A stretch of DNA of 64,000 bases from Candidatus Poribacteria bacterium (GCA_028821605.1 JAPPFM010000038.1:12837-76836); one strand, 5' to 3'; numbered from the stretch's first letter, positions 20,861 to 30,532 are shown. Made by a program: numbers and translations. Notes: generated by a model from the letters alone, not told the origin.

Positions 20861-22054
20861 ATGAGAAGCGACGATGTTGCATTGATCCAGCGCATCCTTG
20901 CCGGTGATGAGTCCGCTTTCGCGAATTTAGTTAGAAAATACGAGAAACGAATTCACGCACTCGCATGGCAGAAAACACGGGATTTTCATATCGCCGAAGA
21001 TATCGTTCAAGAGACCTTCCTGCAGGTCTATCAGAAACTGGAAACCTTGGAAGACCCAACCCAGTTTTCAAGATGGCTTTATCAGATTGCGGATCGACGC
21101 TGTATCGCATGGTTCCGAAAAAATAGGATACAGACCGAACCGCTGGAAGAAACCCATATTTCGGGAATAGAAACAGAGGCGTACTCCCGATATGTCGCCG
21201 CCGAACACGCGAAAACATCTGCTGAAGCACAACGCGACCTCGTCGAGAAACTGCTTACGAAGTTGAAGGAGAGGGATCGAGAGGTTGTTACACTCCACTA
21301 CTTTGAAGAGATGACCTCTTCGGAGATAGGAACGTTCTTAGGCGTATCCGAAAATACGATTAAGAGTCAGCTCCGCCGCGCGCGACAGCGATTAAAGAAG
21401 TATGAGTTCATGATTCAAGAGGCATTAGACATCACAATTGAAGAGGGACATCGCTCCCAAAACCAGTTGAAAGGAGAAATTAGCATGACAAAAGAAGTGA
21501 GAGATGAATCCAAGATCGAAGCAAACGCGGAAGAAACTCAGGGTCAGGTTGCTGATCTGCAAAATCAAATTAATGCCATCACGGACGAATTAGATGCATC
21601 CCTTGCATCTAAAAGAAATGAAGCACTTGAGACATTGCGCCGTGTTCCGTATGGTGCTGAAAGACCGATTTCATGGGGCTATGTAGGTGGGTATCGCACC
21701 TCTCCTGGAAAGATGACGGGACGCGTTGCATTTTGGGGGGATAACATTGATAACTTTCTATCTAAAGCACCGGATGCCGACATCGTGAAGCTTGCGAGTC
21801 TCTTCACAAACGCTAACGTCATCGCTGTTTTAAGACAGTTAGTGGAAGGAAAGAGATCGGTCTCGGATTTGGCAAATGGGTGTGGTCTCCCAGAAAGTGA
21901 GATAGAAAAAGCCGTAGAGACGTTAATGGACGCGACGTTAGTAGCGCGCACAGAGAACGATCTCATTGAACCGAAAAACGATGTCATCTCCTTTTTCCTG
22001 AACTTCGTGAGTATGACAATCGTCCACCTCGGACATATCAAACCTGATAATTAA
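20861..22054 (+). CDS. ECF sigma factor with C-terminal coiled-coil plus ArsR-like winged-helix extension (paralog 1)
   Basis: Sigma70 region 2 (AEDIVQETFLQVYQ) and region 4 (LGVSENTIKSQLRRARQRLK). C-terminal VAVLRQLVEGKRSVSDLANGCGLPESEIEKAVETLMDATLV resembles an ArsR/SmtB HTH. ATG at 20861 preferred over the TTG at 20858. Confidence 0.8.
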   Translation: MRSDDVALIQRILAGDESAFANLVRKYEKRIHALAWQKTRDFHIAEDIVQETFLQVYQKLETLEDPTQFSRWLYQIADRRCIAWFRKNRIQTEPLEETHISGIETEAYSRYVAAEHAKTSAEAQRDLVEKLLTKLKERDREVVTLHYFEEMTSSEIGTFLGVSENTIKSQLRRARQRLKKYEFMIQEALDITIEEGHRSQNQLKGEISMTKEVRDESKIEANAEETQGQVADLQNQINAITDELDASLASKRNEALETLRRVPYGAERPISWGYVGGYRTSPGKMTGRVAFWGDNIDNFLSKAPDADIVKLASLFTNANVIAVLRQLVEGKRSVSDLANGCGLPESEIEKAVETLMDATLVARTENDLIEPKNDVISFFLNFVSMTIVHLGHIKPDN

Positions 22055-22183
22055 ACTCAGTTTTCACTGGCGGGGGTTTGGAAGAACTGGCACCCGGTTT
22101 TTTCTAACCTTCGCCACTGCAACGCCATGTTTCAGACAAACCTTCCGACAAATATTCCCTTTCAAACCCATTTTTCAAAATTA

Positions 22184-22210
22184 TGCACCCTTTTTTCTCA
22201 GATCGCGTCA
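22184..22210 (+). promoter_or_regulatory. Candidate ECF-type promoter (TGCACC-N15-GCGTCA) upstream of ECF sigma paralog 2
   Basis: Duplicated together with the gene; see 20716..20743. Confidence 0.45.
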
Positions 22211-22316
22211 TTATATAGTGAAGTGAATGGATAGCACATTGTTTGGCACTTTGTGAGTGGATCTATCCGAGAAATGTGTAATCCGCTTTGTAAAATAGCC
22301 CTTCTGGAGATGTCCG

Positions 22317-23588
22317 ATGAGAAGTGACGATGTTGTGTTAATCCAGCGCATCCTCGCAGGCGATGAGAACGCCTTCGCGACTTTAATTGAAAAATATCAA
22401 CAGCAGGTTCACACCCACGCATTGCGGAAAGTGCGGGATTTTCAGACTGCCGAGGATATTACACAGGAAACCTTCCTGCAAGTACATCAGAAACTCGCAA
22501 CATTAAACGATCCAGCAAAATTTTCAGGATGGCTATATGCGATTGTGAATCATCTGTGTATCGCTTGGTACCGAAAAAACCAATTAGAAACCGAGTCGCT
22601 ACAAGAGATCTATATCTCAGAAGTCGAGACGGAGGCGTATTCCCGATATGTTGCCACAGAACACGCAAAAACGACTGCTGCAGCGCAACGTGATTTGGTC
22701 AAAAGGCTCCTTACCAAGTTGAAAGAGGGTGATCGAGAAATTATCACGCTCCACTACTTTGAGGAGATGACATCTTCAGAGATAGGAAAGCATTTAGGCG
22801 TATCTGAAAATACCATTAAGAGTCGGCTTCACCGGGCGCGACAGCGGCTGAAGAAGTACGATTTTATGATTCAAGAGGTATTAAACATCACAACCACAAC
22901 TGAAGACGAACATCGTTCCCAACGCCAATTGAAAGGAGAACCCATTATGACAAATGAAGTGAGAAACGGATCCGAGGTGGACGCAAGATTGGAAGAAATG
23001 CAGCGTCAGATTACCGATCTACAAGAGCAAATTAAGGGCATTACGGCTAACTCGGATGCTTCTACTGAATATACGGATGTTTCTAATAGTGATATCGAAT
23101 ATCGCTTTGTGGCTGACTCCGAGGCTTCTACTGACTCGGACAAAAAACAAGCACTTGAAGCATTACTCCAACTCTCTCATCATGTGAAAGACCCGATCAC
23201 ATGGTGCTATGCAGGTGCATATCATGCCGCCCCTGGTCAGAGATCAAGCCGTGGCTCAGTCTGGACAACCAACGTTGATAGCTTCCTATCAAGCGCACCG
23301 GATGCTGAAATCGTGAAGCTTGCGATATTCTTCACAAACCCTACCGTAGTCGCTGTTTTAAGACAATTAGTGGCGGGCAAGAAATCGGTTGCAGATTTAG
23401 CAAACGGCTGTGGTATTTCCGAAAGTGAGATGGAGGAAACCGTAGAAATGTTAACAGATGGAGCGTTAGTGAAGCGTACGGAAGACGATCTCATCGAACC
23501 TAAAAACGATGCCGTTTTCTATTACCTGAACTTCGTCGGTATGGTTACCGTCTATCTGAACCCTGAAGACTACCATCCTCAGGATTAA
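22317..23588 (+). CDS. ECF sigma factor with C-terminal coiled-coil plus ArsR-like winged-helix extension (paralog 2)
   Basis: ~70% identical to the upstream gene including the 5' UTR; same domain order. Confidence 0.8.
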   Translation: MRSDDVVLIQRILAGDENAFATLIEKYQQQVHTHALRKVRDFQTAEDITQETFLQVHQKLATLNDPAKFSGWLYAIVNHLCIAWYRKNQLETESLQEIYISEVETEAYSRYVATEHAKTTAAAQRDLVKRLLTKLKEGDREIITLHYFEEMTSSEIGKHLGVSENTIKSRLHRARQRLKKYDFMIQEVLNITTTTEDEHRSQRQLKGEPIMTNEVRNGSEVDARLEEMQRQITDLQEQIKGITANSDASTEYTDVSNSDIEYRFVADSEASTDSDKKQALEALLQLSHHVKDPITWCYAGAYHAAPGQRSSRGSVWTTNVDSFLSSAPDAEIVKLAIFFTNPTVVAVLRQLVAGKKSVADLANGCGISESEMEETVEMLTDGALVKRTEDDLIEPKNDAVFYYLNFVGMVTVYLNPEDYHPQD

Positions 23589-23608
23589 TTATTAAGGAGA
23601 AAATTTTT

Positions 23609-23977
23609 ATGGCAGCGGAAGTGAAAGATCACGTTAAGCTCGAAACACGGCAGTCCTTTCTGGAAGAAAAGCAGCGAACGCTTGAATCTCACCGGGAGAG
23701 ACTACAGGATCATTGCAAAGAAGTTGTAGAAACAAGAGACCGTCACCTTGCTGAGATGGATGAGAAAATACAGTCTCTGGAAACAAATCTGGCAGGACTA
23801 CAAGGTCATTGCAAAGAAGTTGTAGAAACAAGAGACCGTCACCTTGCTGAGGTGGATGAGAAAATTCAATCCATCGATGAAGAGATCCACGCGTGCCAGA
23901 ATGAACTTTCAAAAATTGCTGATCTGCAGGCGGCCTTTCAGGCAACCACAACCGAATCGGATATCCCTACTGACTGA
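23609..23977 (+). CDS. Coiled-coil protein with an exact 27-aa internal tandem repeat
   Basis: LQGHCKEVVETRDRHLAE(M/V)DEKIQS occurs twice; heptad-like composition; RBS AAGGAGA. Confidence 0.5.
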   Translation: MAAEVKDHVKLETRQSFLEEKQRTLESHRERLQDHCKEVVETRDRHLAEMDEKIQSLETNLAGLQGHCKEVVETRDRHLAEVDEKIQSIDEEIHACQNELSKIADLQAAFQATTTESDIPTD

Positions 23978-23986
23978 GAGAAAATA

Positions 23987-25267
23987 ATGTTTTTAGTGCT
24001 ACTGAAGCGTGAGATTCTCGCGCATCTAATCACATTTCGTTTTGCAATTACGGTGATCGTCTGTCTGCTGCTCGTTGTCATAACCACGCTCATCAGAATT
24101 GACGATTACGAGCAACGGTTGGCGGGTTACAATACCGCCAGAGACACCAACCGCGATGAACTGCTGTCCACCCGAACCTATTCCTTTTTGATGCCGAAGG
24201 TCGATCGACCGCCCAATCCGCTGAGCATCTTTAACGCTGGTATGGACAATCGGCTTGGTAATACATTGCGGATCTATTACACGAATGTCCCTGTTCTCTG
24301 GGATGCGCAAGTCCACAGTTCAGGCAATATCTTCATAGATCATTTCTATCGAATTGACCTCGTCTTCATTTTTCAGTTTGTGCTTTCATTACTCGCGCTG
24401 CTGTTCGCCTATGATGCGATTGCAGGCGAACGTGAAAGCGGCACAATGCGCGTGACAATGAGTCATCCCGTGAGACGTGGAAACATCTTAGCGGCGAAGT
24501 ACCTCGGTGCGATGACATGTCTAATCCTGCCGCTTATTATGAGTTTTATCATCGCTTTGATCTGGCCGGTAGACAGCAGGATATATTCCAGTGAGAAGGC
24601 AATTCGGCAAATCCTACAGACAGTCGAGGACGAGGGGCGGAAATACCTCATAAACGATGGCATTGAGGGAGAGAGTGATCACTTTAACGTGCAAGGGAAC
24701 CGCAACGGTTTACATGTTGGTCTAAGTAACGGAAGCACAGCGACGCACATAAAATTCAGAGCTTATGATTGGCGTTCCATTGACCCAGAATCTGAGAAAC
24801 GCATTCCTGATGTTATCCGCTACCATCAATTCTTGACACCGTTAAAGTTTCAGGCAGCGGAAAAAATAGGGCTGGAGCGTCTGCCAGCATTAGAGCAAAC
24901 TCGGTTTCGGAGAGCCAAAATCGCTCGAAACCTGCTTAGGATTTCACCGGCAGCGATGTATAATCTCGCGACACAAGCATGGACAGGGACTGATCTCTAT
25001 GGGGTCGAGGATTTTTTTGAGGCAGCACGCCAATACCGACGGACGCTGGTTAATTATTTTTACGACGAAGGTGCCTTTTCAAGCAGGCAGTGGTTTGCAA
25101 GTGATAAGGGCGCAATCAATTTAGATGATCTGCCAAGATTTGCGTACCAGCGTGCTGATCTCTGGACAAACGCTTTACGGGCACTCCCCGACCTGCAGAT
25201 ACTACTGCTGCTCAACGTTGCGTTATTTCTCGCAACCTTCGCAATCTTCGTCAGACAAGAAATCTAA
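23987..25267 (+). CDS. ABC-2-type permease-like polytopic membrane protein (paralog 1), no cognate ATPase nearby
   Basis: N-terminal TM helix, ~130-aa loop, five further TM helices, long soluble C-terminal region ending in a last TM helix; topology by eye. Confidence 0.5.
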   Translation: MFLVLLKREILAHLITFRFAITVIVCLLLVVITTLIRIDDYEQRLAGYNTARDTNRDELLSTRTYSFLMPKVDRPPNPLSIFNAGMDNRLGNTLRIYYTNVPVLWDAQVHSSGNIFIDHFYRIDLVFIFQFVLSLLALLFAYDAIAGERESGTMRVTMSHPVRRGNILAAKYLGAMTCLILPLIMSFIIALIWPVDSRIYSSEKAIRQILQTVEDEGRKYLINDGIEGESDHFNVQGNRNGLHVGLSNGSTATHIKFRAYDWRSIDPESEKRIPDVIRYHQFLTPLKFQAAEKIGLERLPALEQTRFRRAKIARNLLRISPAAMYNLATQAWTGTDLYGVEDFFEAARQYRRTLVNYFYDEGAFSSRQWFASDKGAINLDDLPRFAYQRADLWTNALRALPDLQILLLLNVALFLATFAIFVRQEI

Positions 25268-25272
25268 CTGCA

Positions 25273-25332
25273 GTAGGACTTATGCATTCCCTCTTAAAGT
25301 CCCCCTGATAAGGGGGATTTAGGGGGTTTAAA
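25273..25332. repeat. REP-like intergenic repeat with GATA-loop hairpin (gtaggact…tcccCCTgataAGGggga…)
   Basis: Near-identical element at 28477..28555 (with an internal 20-bp duplication); both lie just after stop codons. Confidence 0.6.
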
Positions 25333-25382
25333 TACGGAAATTACCGATTTTTTGCGTCTGAATGTCTGATATTTTCTCAATT

Positions 25383-25462
25383 TGCGTAAGTCCTGTGTAG
25401 GTTGGGTTGAACGGAACTGAAAAGAGGAACCAAACCTCGAAAAGGTGTGCGTGAAACCCAAC
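25383..25462. repeat. Partial copy of the MITE-like element (left arm and gtgaaacccaac box)
   Basis: Shares gcgtaagtcctgtgtaggttgggttgaacgga and gtgaaacccaac with 42885..43113; fragments also at 13781..13822 and 40035..40075. Confidence 0.5.
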
Positions 25463-25495
25463 ACTTCAAACACCGTCTCCTGCTAAGGACATAAG

Positions 25496-26968
25496 ATGAT
25501 TTTTCACATTGTTAAACGCGAACTCTATGATCACTTGAGCAGTCTCCGTTTCGCACTGACAGCACTACTAATCTTGATACTGATGATTGTCAATGCCGTC
25601 ATGTTCGTCGGAGAATACAAGCAGCGAATAAATCAATATGGAAGACGGGTTCGTGCCTCACATGATCGGCTGAAAACCCGATGTGATAATCTATATCATC
25701 TGGTCCAAAAAGGTCCAGGCGACCTTCACAAAAAACCGAGTGCTTTGGCTTTCTGTGCAGACGGAGGCGAAGAACTCCTATTTGGACGTGTGAACGGCGG
25801 TAGTGCCAGCCGAACGCGAGACTGGAGGCGTGGAGATACCTCCTATAAGTTCACAGAAATATGGCGGTTAGCATATCCACCTCACTTCGATCTAATGTTC
25901 ATTGCAGAGCAGATACCGAAAGAGCGAAGTATTATGCCAGCGTATATCAAAATCGATTGGGGATTTGTGACGGCTGTCTTATTGAGTTTCATGAGTATTT
26001 TGTTTACATTCGATGCGATCTCCGGTGAACAAGAACGAGGCACACTGCGGCTGATGCTGGCAAACAGTATTTCACGGAACACCGTGATTTGCGGTAAATT
26101 TCTCGGCGCATTTTTTACGATCTCTATTCCGTTTTTGGTTGGGACAATCGTCAGTCTCTCCATCATCTACCTCTCCGAAGCCGTTCAATTTGACGATAGT
26201 TATTGGATGAGGTTGGGTGCCATCGTCTGTGTCGCGCTGATCTATATCTCAATCTTTATTTTATTGGGAATCTTTATCTCCAGCCGCGTCAAAGAATCCT
26301 CAACGAGTCTGGCAATTCTGTTATTGATCTGGACGGTTTGGGTGGTGCTGATGCCAAATGCGCTTGGTTCCCTTGGCAACAAGTTGCAGTCCCGTCCTAC
26401 GGCGAAAGAGTTCATCACTCAGGCTCGGGATTCGCGCGAAGATTTACAAACACGCTATTTTGCTCGAATTAAAGAACCCCCCAGACGAGAAATTCCCGCA
26501 ACGATCGCTACCTCGTTAGGTGCGGAATACGTCAATAAAGACGCGGAATTACGCGATCGCTTGCACGCAGGCTACCTTTCTGCGGAACTCCGTCAGATCC
26601 AAACTGCTCGATCGCTCACCCGTATCTCACCAGCAGCCATTGTGCAGTATGCTTTTGAAGCACTTGCTGGCACGGGCATGCCCCGCCATTTAGACTTCAT
26701 CTCTCAAACACGCCAATACGCGAAGCAGTTTCGGCAGTTTCTCATTGACACCGATCGCGCAGACCCAGAAAGTCCACACGCTATCGGTATCCCTGAAGGC
26801 ACATCCCAAAAACCTGTGAACTTCGATGCCGTTCCCAAATTTGAAGATCGACACCGTTTTAGTGCAGATTTTAATGCCGCAATCGTTGACCTACTGCTAT
26901 TAATCTTGTTTTTGTTAGTGTTTTTCGTCAGCACGTTCCTCTCTTTTCTGCGTACAGAGATTGGATAA
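25496..26968 (+). CDS. ABC-2-type permease-like polytopic membrane protein (paralog 2)
   Basis: Same topology and conserved blocks (ISPAA…, FDAI.GE.E.GT.R) as 23987..25267. Confidence 0.5.
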   Translation: MIFHIVKRELYDHLSSLRFALTALLILILMIVNAVMFVGEYKQRINQYGRRVRASHDRLKTRCDNLYHLVQKGPGDLHKKPSALAFCADGGEELLFGRVNGGSASRTRDWRRGDTSYKFTEIWRLAYPPHFDLMFIAEQIPKERSIMPAYIKIDWGFVTAVLLSFMSILFTFDAISGEQERGTLRLMLANSISRNTVICGKFLGAFFTISIPFLVGTIVSLSIIYLSEAVQFDDSYWMRLGAIVCVALIYISIFILLGIFISSRVKESSTSLAILLLIWTVWVVLMPNALGSLGNKLQSRPTAKEFITQARDSREDLQTRYFARIKEPPRREIPATIATSLGAEYVNKDAELRDRLHAGYLSAELRQIQTARSLTRISPAAIVQYAFEALAGTGMPRHLDFISQTRQYAKQFRQFLIDTDRADPESPHAIGIPEGTSQKPVNFDAVPKFEDRHRFSADFNAAIVDLLLLILFLLVFFVSTFLSFLRTEIG

Positions 26969-27164
26969 TTTTCAAACACCGTTATACCACTGAAAATTGG
27001 TAGATTTGCCTACCACAAACAGTCGTTTCGGGGTGTGTAAAGTTTTTGGCATTAATCGTCCGAACTATCCCAACGCCTTGTAAGAGTTTTTTTAATCTCG
27101 ACTAATTGAGGACTTTTGGCACAGTTTTGACGAATACGAACACACCGGACGCATAGCGTCTTTA

Positions 27165-27240
27165 GTCCCGTAGGGACGGCATGTTTATAGAAAACGTTCC
27201 TCCCGCGCTCTATAGCCCTGTAAGGGCGGCATGTTTATTG
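27165..27240. repeat. Two ~26-bp direct repeats each containing a GTA-triloop hairpin (gtcccGTAgggac / gccctGTAagggc) followed by ggcatgtttat
   Basis: Read directly at 27165-27190 and 27214-27240; related CCC-GTA-GGG hairpins at ~18312 and ~29686. Confidence 0.55.
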
Positions 27241-27395
27241 TATTTTGGCAAGATATTTACACACCCTCATTCAGTCATTCCGTGATTTGACTCTCTTTGC
27301 TAAATGTGCTATTATTATAATGATTGCATCAACGTGCGGTAATATCTGCACCTGTTTTGTCTATCTCATGAATGTAGAAAGGAAGGAACGTTATT

Positions 27396-27620
27396 ATGGA
27401 AGGTTTCGGGGCAGGTATCGGTATAGGTATTGGCATCGGTTTTAGCATCGGTTTTGGTGGAGGTTTCGGTGCAGGGATGGCGAGCACTCGTGAGAAACTC
27501 CAGAAGCAGCTCCGCAAAGCGATAGAGGACAATGAAGTCTCTATTCACGATAAGAATGGAGAACCCTTGACGATCGAAGCCCTCTTCGCTCTCCTTGATA
27601 AAAACTACAAGAAAGTATAG
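27396..27620 (+). CDS. Small (74 aa) glycine-zipper protein (N-terminal GIGIGIGIGF…GGGFGAG segment, charged C-terminal tail)
   Basis: RBS AGGAAGG 8 nt upstream of ATG; striking GxGxGxG composition; no signal peptide. Confidence 0.4.
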   Translation: MEGFGAGIGIGIGIGFSIGFGGGFGAGMASTREKLQKQLRKAIEDNEVSIHDKNGEPLTIEALFALLDKNYKKV

Positions 27621-27680
27621 CCGCGCAAAGATAATCCTGTAAATTCTGATTCAAACAAGACCTCAACTTTCAAAGCAACT

Positions 27681-28469
27681 ATGCCAATACCAAATTTCCC
27701 CAATAAACATAAATCGCGTCCCATAATCACACCGCAGGAACATGTCGCCTACTTCCGTCAACAAGGCTTCATTCCCGATTTTCCGATTCCCGAAAGTGTC
27801 ATTTTTTGCTATGAAGGTAACCTTCTTGAGCGGATCGCGAATGTTGAAAATGTTGAACAGATTCACGCGGTCGGTGGAGAATTCTATCTGCTAACTGAAA
27901 CTGACAATCGCGTGGCAGTGAGCGGCAATAACGGCATCGGTGCCCCCGGTGTCTCAATGGTTCTTGAAATTCTAATAGAACTGGGTGTTAAGCGATTTAT
28001 CAACGTAGGGATCGCGGGTGGATTGCAGAAAACCTCCCGTGTTGGTGATGTCGTTATCTGTACCAGTGCCATTCGTGATGAAGGCGTTTCATATCACTAC
28101 TTGAAGGACCCTTCGGCACCTGCGCTGCCATCTGAAAATCTGACAGCTGCCCTTAGGCAAACCCTTGAGCGTGATGGTGTACGCTACACTGAGGGGCCAA
28201 CATGGACAACTGATGCCTTCTTCCGAGAAACAGTTGGGGAAATTCAGCATTACCAACAGGAGGGAGTTATCACCGTTGAAATGGAAGCCGCCGCTTTATT
28301 TGCAATCAGTACGCTGCGCGGTGTGGAGATAGCATCCGGGTTTGTTATCAGTGACTTGGTGGCTGACTTAGTATGGCATCCACAGATACTCGCCCAAGAA
28401 ACACACGAGAGTTTATTCCGTTTATATCAGGCAGCACGTGCGACCTTAAAAGAAACGAGTAAAAACTAA
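27681..28469 (+). CDS. Nucleoside phosphorylase, PNP/UDP family 1 (purine nucleoside phosphorylase or MTA-nucleosidase-like)
   Basis: Blocks AVSGNNGIGAPGVSMVLEILIELGV, VGIAGGL, GDVVICTSAIRDEG and ITVEMEAAALFAIS. Confidence 0.7.
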   Translation: MPIPNFPNKHKSRPIITPQEHVAYFRQQGFIPDFPIPESVIFCYEGNLLERIANVENVEQIHAVGGEFYLLTETDNRVAVSGNNGIGAPGVSMVLEILIELGVKRFINVGIAGGLQKTSRVGDVVICTSAIRDEGVSYHYLKDPSAPALPSENLTAALRQTLERDGVRYTEGPTWTTDAFFRETVGEIQHYQQEGVITVEMEAAALFAISTLRGVEIASGFVISDLVADLVWHPQILAQETHESLFRLYQAARATLKETSKN

Positions 28470-28476
28470 CACCAAA

Positions 28477-28555
28477 GTAGGACTCACGCATTCCTCTTAA
28501 AGTCCCCCTGATTCCTCTTAAAGTCCCCCTGATAAGGGGGATTTAGGGGGTTTAA
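28477..28555. repeat. REP-like intergenic repeat, second copy
   Basis: See 25273..25332. Confidence 0.6.
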
Positions 28556-28569
28556 ACAAGGAAACCTAA

Positions 28570-29403
28570 ATGCCAATATTAACACAAACACATCGTCAAC
28601 ATTTCGATGAATACGGCTATATGGTCATTGAAAATGCCGTTCCGACTGAGCTTTGTGAACCAGTCGTTGATGCAATCTTCGCATTTTTAGAGATGGACCC
28701 TTCAGATCCAGATGGTTGGTATCGCGCACCTCACAAACCCGGTGCAGGTATGGTGGAGATGTATTTTCACCAAGCGATGTGGAACGTCTATCAACACCCA
28801 CCCATCCACCAGATTTATAGCGAGGTATACGGCACAGAACGGATTTGGGTTCATATTGATAGAGTCAACATGAAACCACCCAAACATCTCGACCACCCTG
28901 AGTGGGACCATAAGGGCATGTATCATTGGGATGCGGACACCTCAAAACTACCAGTTAGGTTTAGCACACAAGGTGTTTTGTTTCTCAGGGACACAGCCGA
29001 CAATCAGGGGTCTTTCGTCTGTTGGCCCGGTGCGCATAAGTCCCTGATTGATGAAGAAAATCCGTGGGTACCAGAACTTACGCCGGAAATATATAGGGAA
29101 AAATTCATACAGGTACCAGCGAAAGCGGGTTCACTACTTATTTGGCATGTCGCGCTTCCGCACGGTAACGGGCGCAACACATCAGACAAGCCGCGGTTAG
29201 CACAATACATGAACTATTATCGTGTGCCTAATCCTATGGATGAAGAACGACGGCAAGAACGCATTACACTGTGGCGGGAGCGCAGAGCATTAGGCCGCGG
29301 ACCCTATCCTGGTGACCCAAGAGGTTGGGAAGCAAAAAATTATGAGGCACCAAAACTCACACCTTTGGGACGGAAGCTGCTGGGACTTGATTTGTGGGAC
29401 TAA
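28570..29403 (+). CDS. Phytanoyl-CoA dioxygenase (PhyH) family Fe(II)/2-oxoglutarate oxygenase
   Basis: HWDAD (HxD) and distal WHVALPHGNGRN (His plus Arg) motifs; ~277 aa. Confidence 0.65.
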   Translation: MPILTQTHRQHFDEYGYMVIENAVPTELCEPVVDAIFAFLEMDPSDPDGWYRAPHKPGAGMVEMYFHQAMWNVYQHPPIHQIYSEVYGTERIWVHIDRVNMKPPKHLDHPEWDHKGMYHWDADTSKLPVRFSTQGVLFLRDTADNQGSFVCWPGAHKSLIDEENPWVPELTPEIYREKFIQVPAKAGSLLIWHVALPHGNGRNTSDKPRLAQYMNYYRVPNPMDEERRQERITLWRERRALGRGPYPGDPRGWEAKNYEAPKLTPLGRKLLGLDLWD

Positions 29404-29815
29404 TCACACAAACCAACACGTTTCCTATGTACTTTCTTGAGATGTAGGAGTATAAAGTTGGGTCTCACTGCGTCTATTGGACTTTTATTCAACGGAATTC
29501 CATATAACCAGCATTATGGTAAAATCCGAAAATATATGAACAGTTGATCAATAAACAATCCTCCCCGCCGCCGCTGGCGAGGATTGTATCCTCGCCTCCC
29601 CGCAATGTTCAAGTAATTGTGGGCCTTACTATAATAACCCAAGTTGCTACTAACAGGTTTTGCACATTTCAGAAAGGGGTTTCGTCTCTTTCCCCACCCC
29701 GTAGGGGTGATATTGCTTCGCAGTGAGAATAGAAAACGGCATATTTACGCGATAGCACTCCAGCGGAGTGCTATGTGCATAAACAGGTGGCTTGCGTTAA
29801 CATAGGAATTTAGCA

Positions 29816-30532
29816 ATGACTGTAAAGGTAGTCATCTTCGATTTATTTGAAACACTCGTCTCAGGATTCGACACGGGCCACCCTTCAACCACCGAAGTCG
29901 CGCAAACATTAGAGTTACCTGTGAAGGAATTTCAGCGAGAATACTACCAGAGTCTTCGACCAGCACGATATACAGGACAGTTCCCAGACTATGCAACCGT
30001 TTTGCGTTATATCGTTGGTAAGCTTGGAGGAAAATCTCCTGAAAGCACTATTAAAACACTCACCGAACGCCGCCAATCCGCTTTTAACACGCATCTGCGT
30101 CGTATAGAACCCGAAATCCTTGATATGCTCAATGAAATCACCACTTTAGGTATTAGGCTCGGTCTCATCAGTAACACCGATGGCTCTGAAGTCTTGGATT
30201 GGCAAAATAGTCCCTTGGCACGCTTTTTTGCGGTGACAATATTCTCCCATGCGGTAGGAATAGTCAAACCCGACTCTCACATCTATCAACACGCATGTAA
30301 GCATTTGGACGTTGCCCCGTCAGACTGCATATTCATAGGCGATGGTAATAGTGATGAACTCCGAGGCGCAGCACAGGTCGGAATGTCGCCATTTTGCGCC
30401 GCGTGGTTTCTCCATCAGCACACAGACTTGCTTGGAGCGGATATTATAAGGCAACGCGCCGCAGGCTATCCAGTATTGCATCATCCATCGGAGTTGGTTG
30501 GTCGAATTCAAGACCTTTGTGCCGCGAGTTAA
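29816..30532 (+). CDS. HAD-superfamily hydrolase
   Basis: N-terminal motif I VVIFDLFETLV; C-terminal GDGNSDELRGA motif IV. Confidence 0.75.
   Translation: MTVKVVIFDLFETLVSGFDTGHPSTTEVAQTLELPVKEFQREYYQSLRPARYTGQFPDYATVLRYIVGKLGGKSPESTIKTLTERRQSAFNTHLRRIEPEILDMLNEITTLGIRLGLISNTDGSEVLDWQNSPLARFFAVTIFSHAVGIVKPDSHIYQHACKHLDVAPSDCIFIGDGNSDELRGAAQVGMSPFCAAWFLHQHTDLLGADIIRQRAAGYPVLHHPSELVGRIQDLCAAS

Noticed and set aside
27165-27240. Possible mini-CRISPR array
   Set aside because: Only two repeat units and no cas genes; similar hairpins also occur singly elsewhere, so REP-like.
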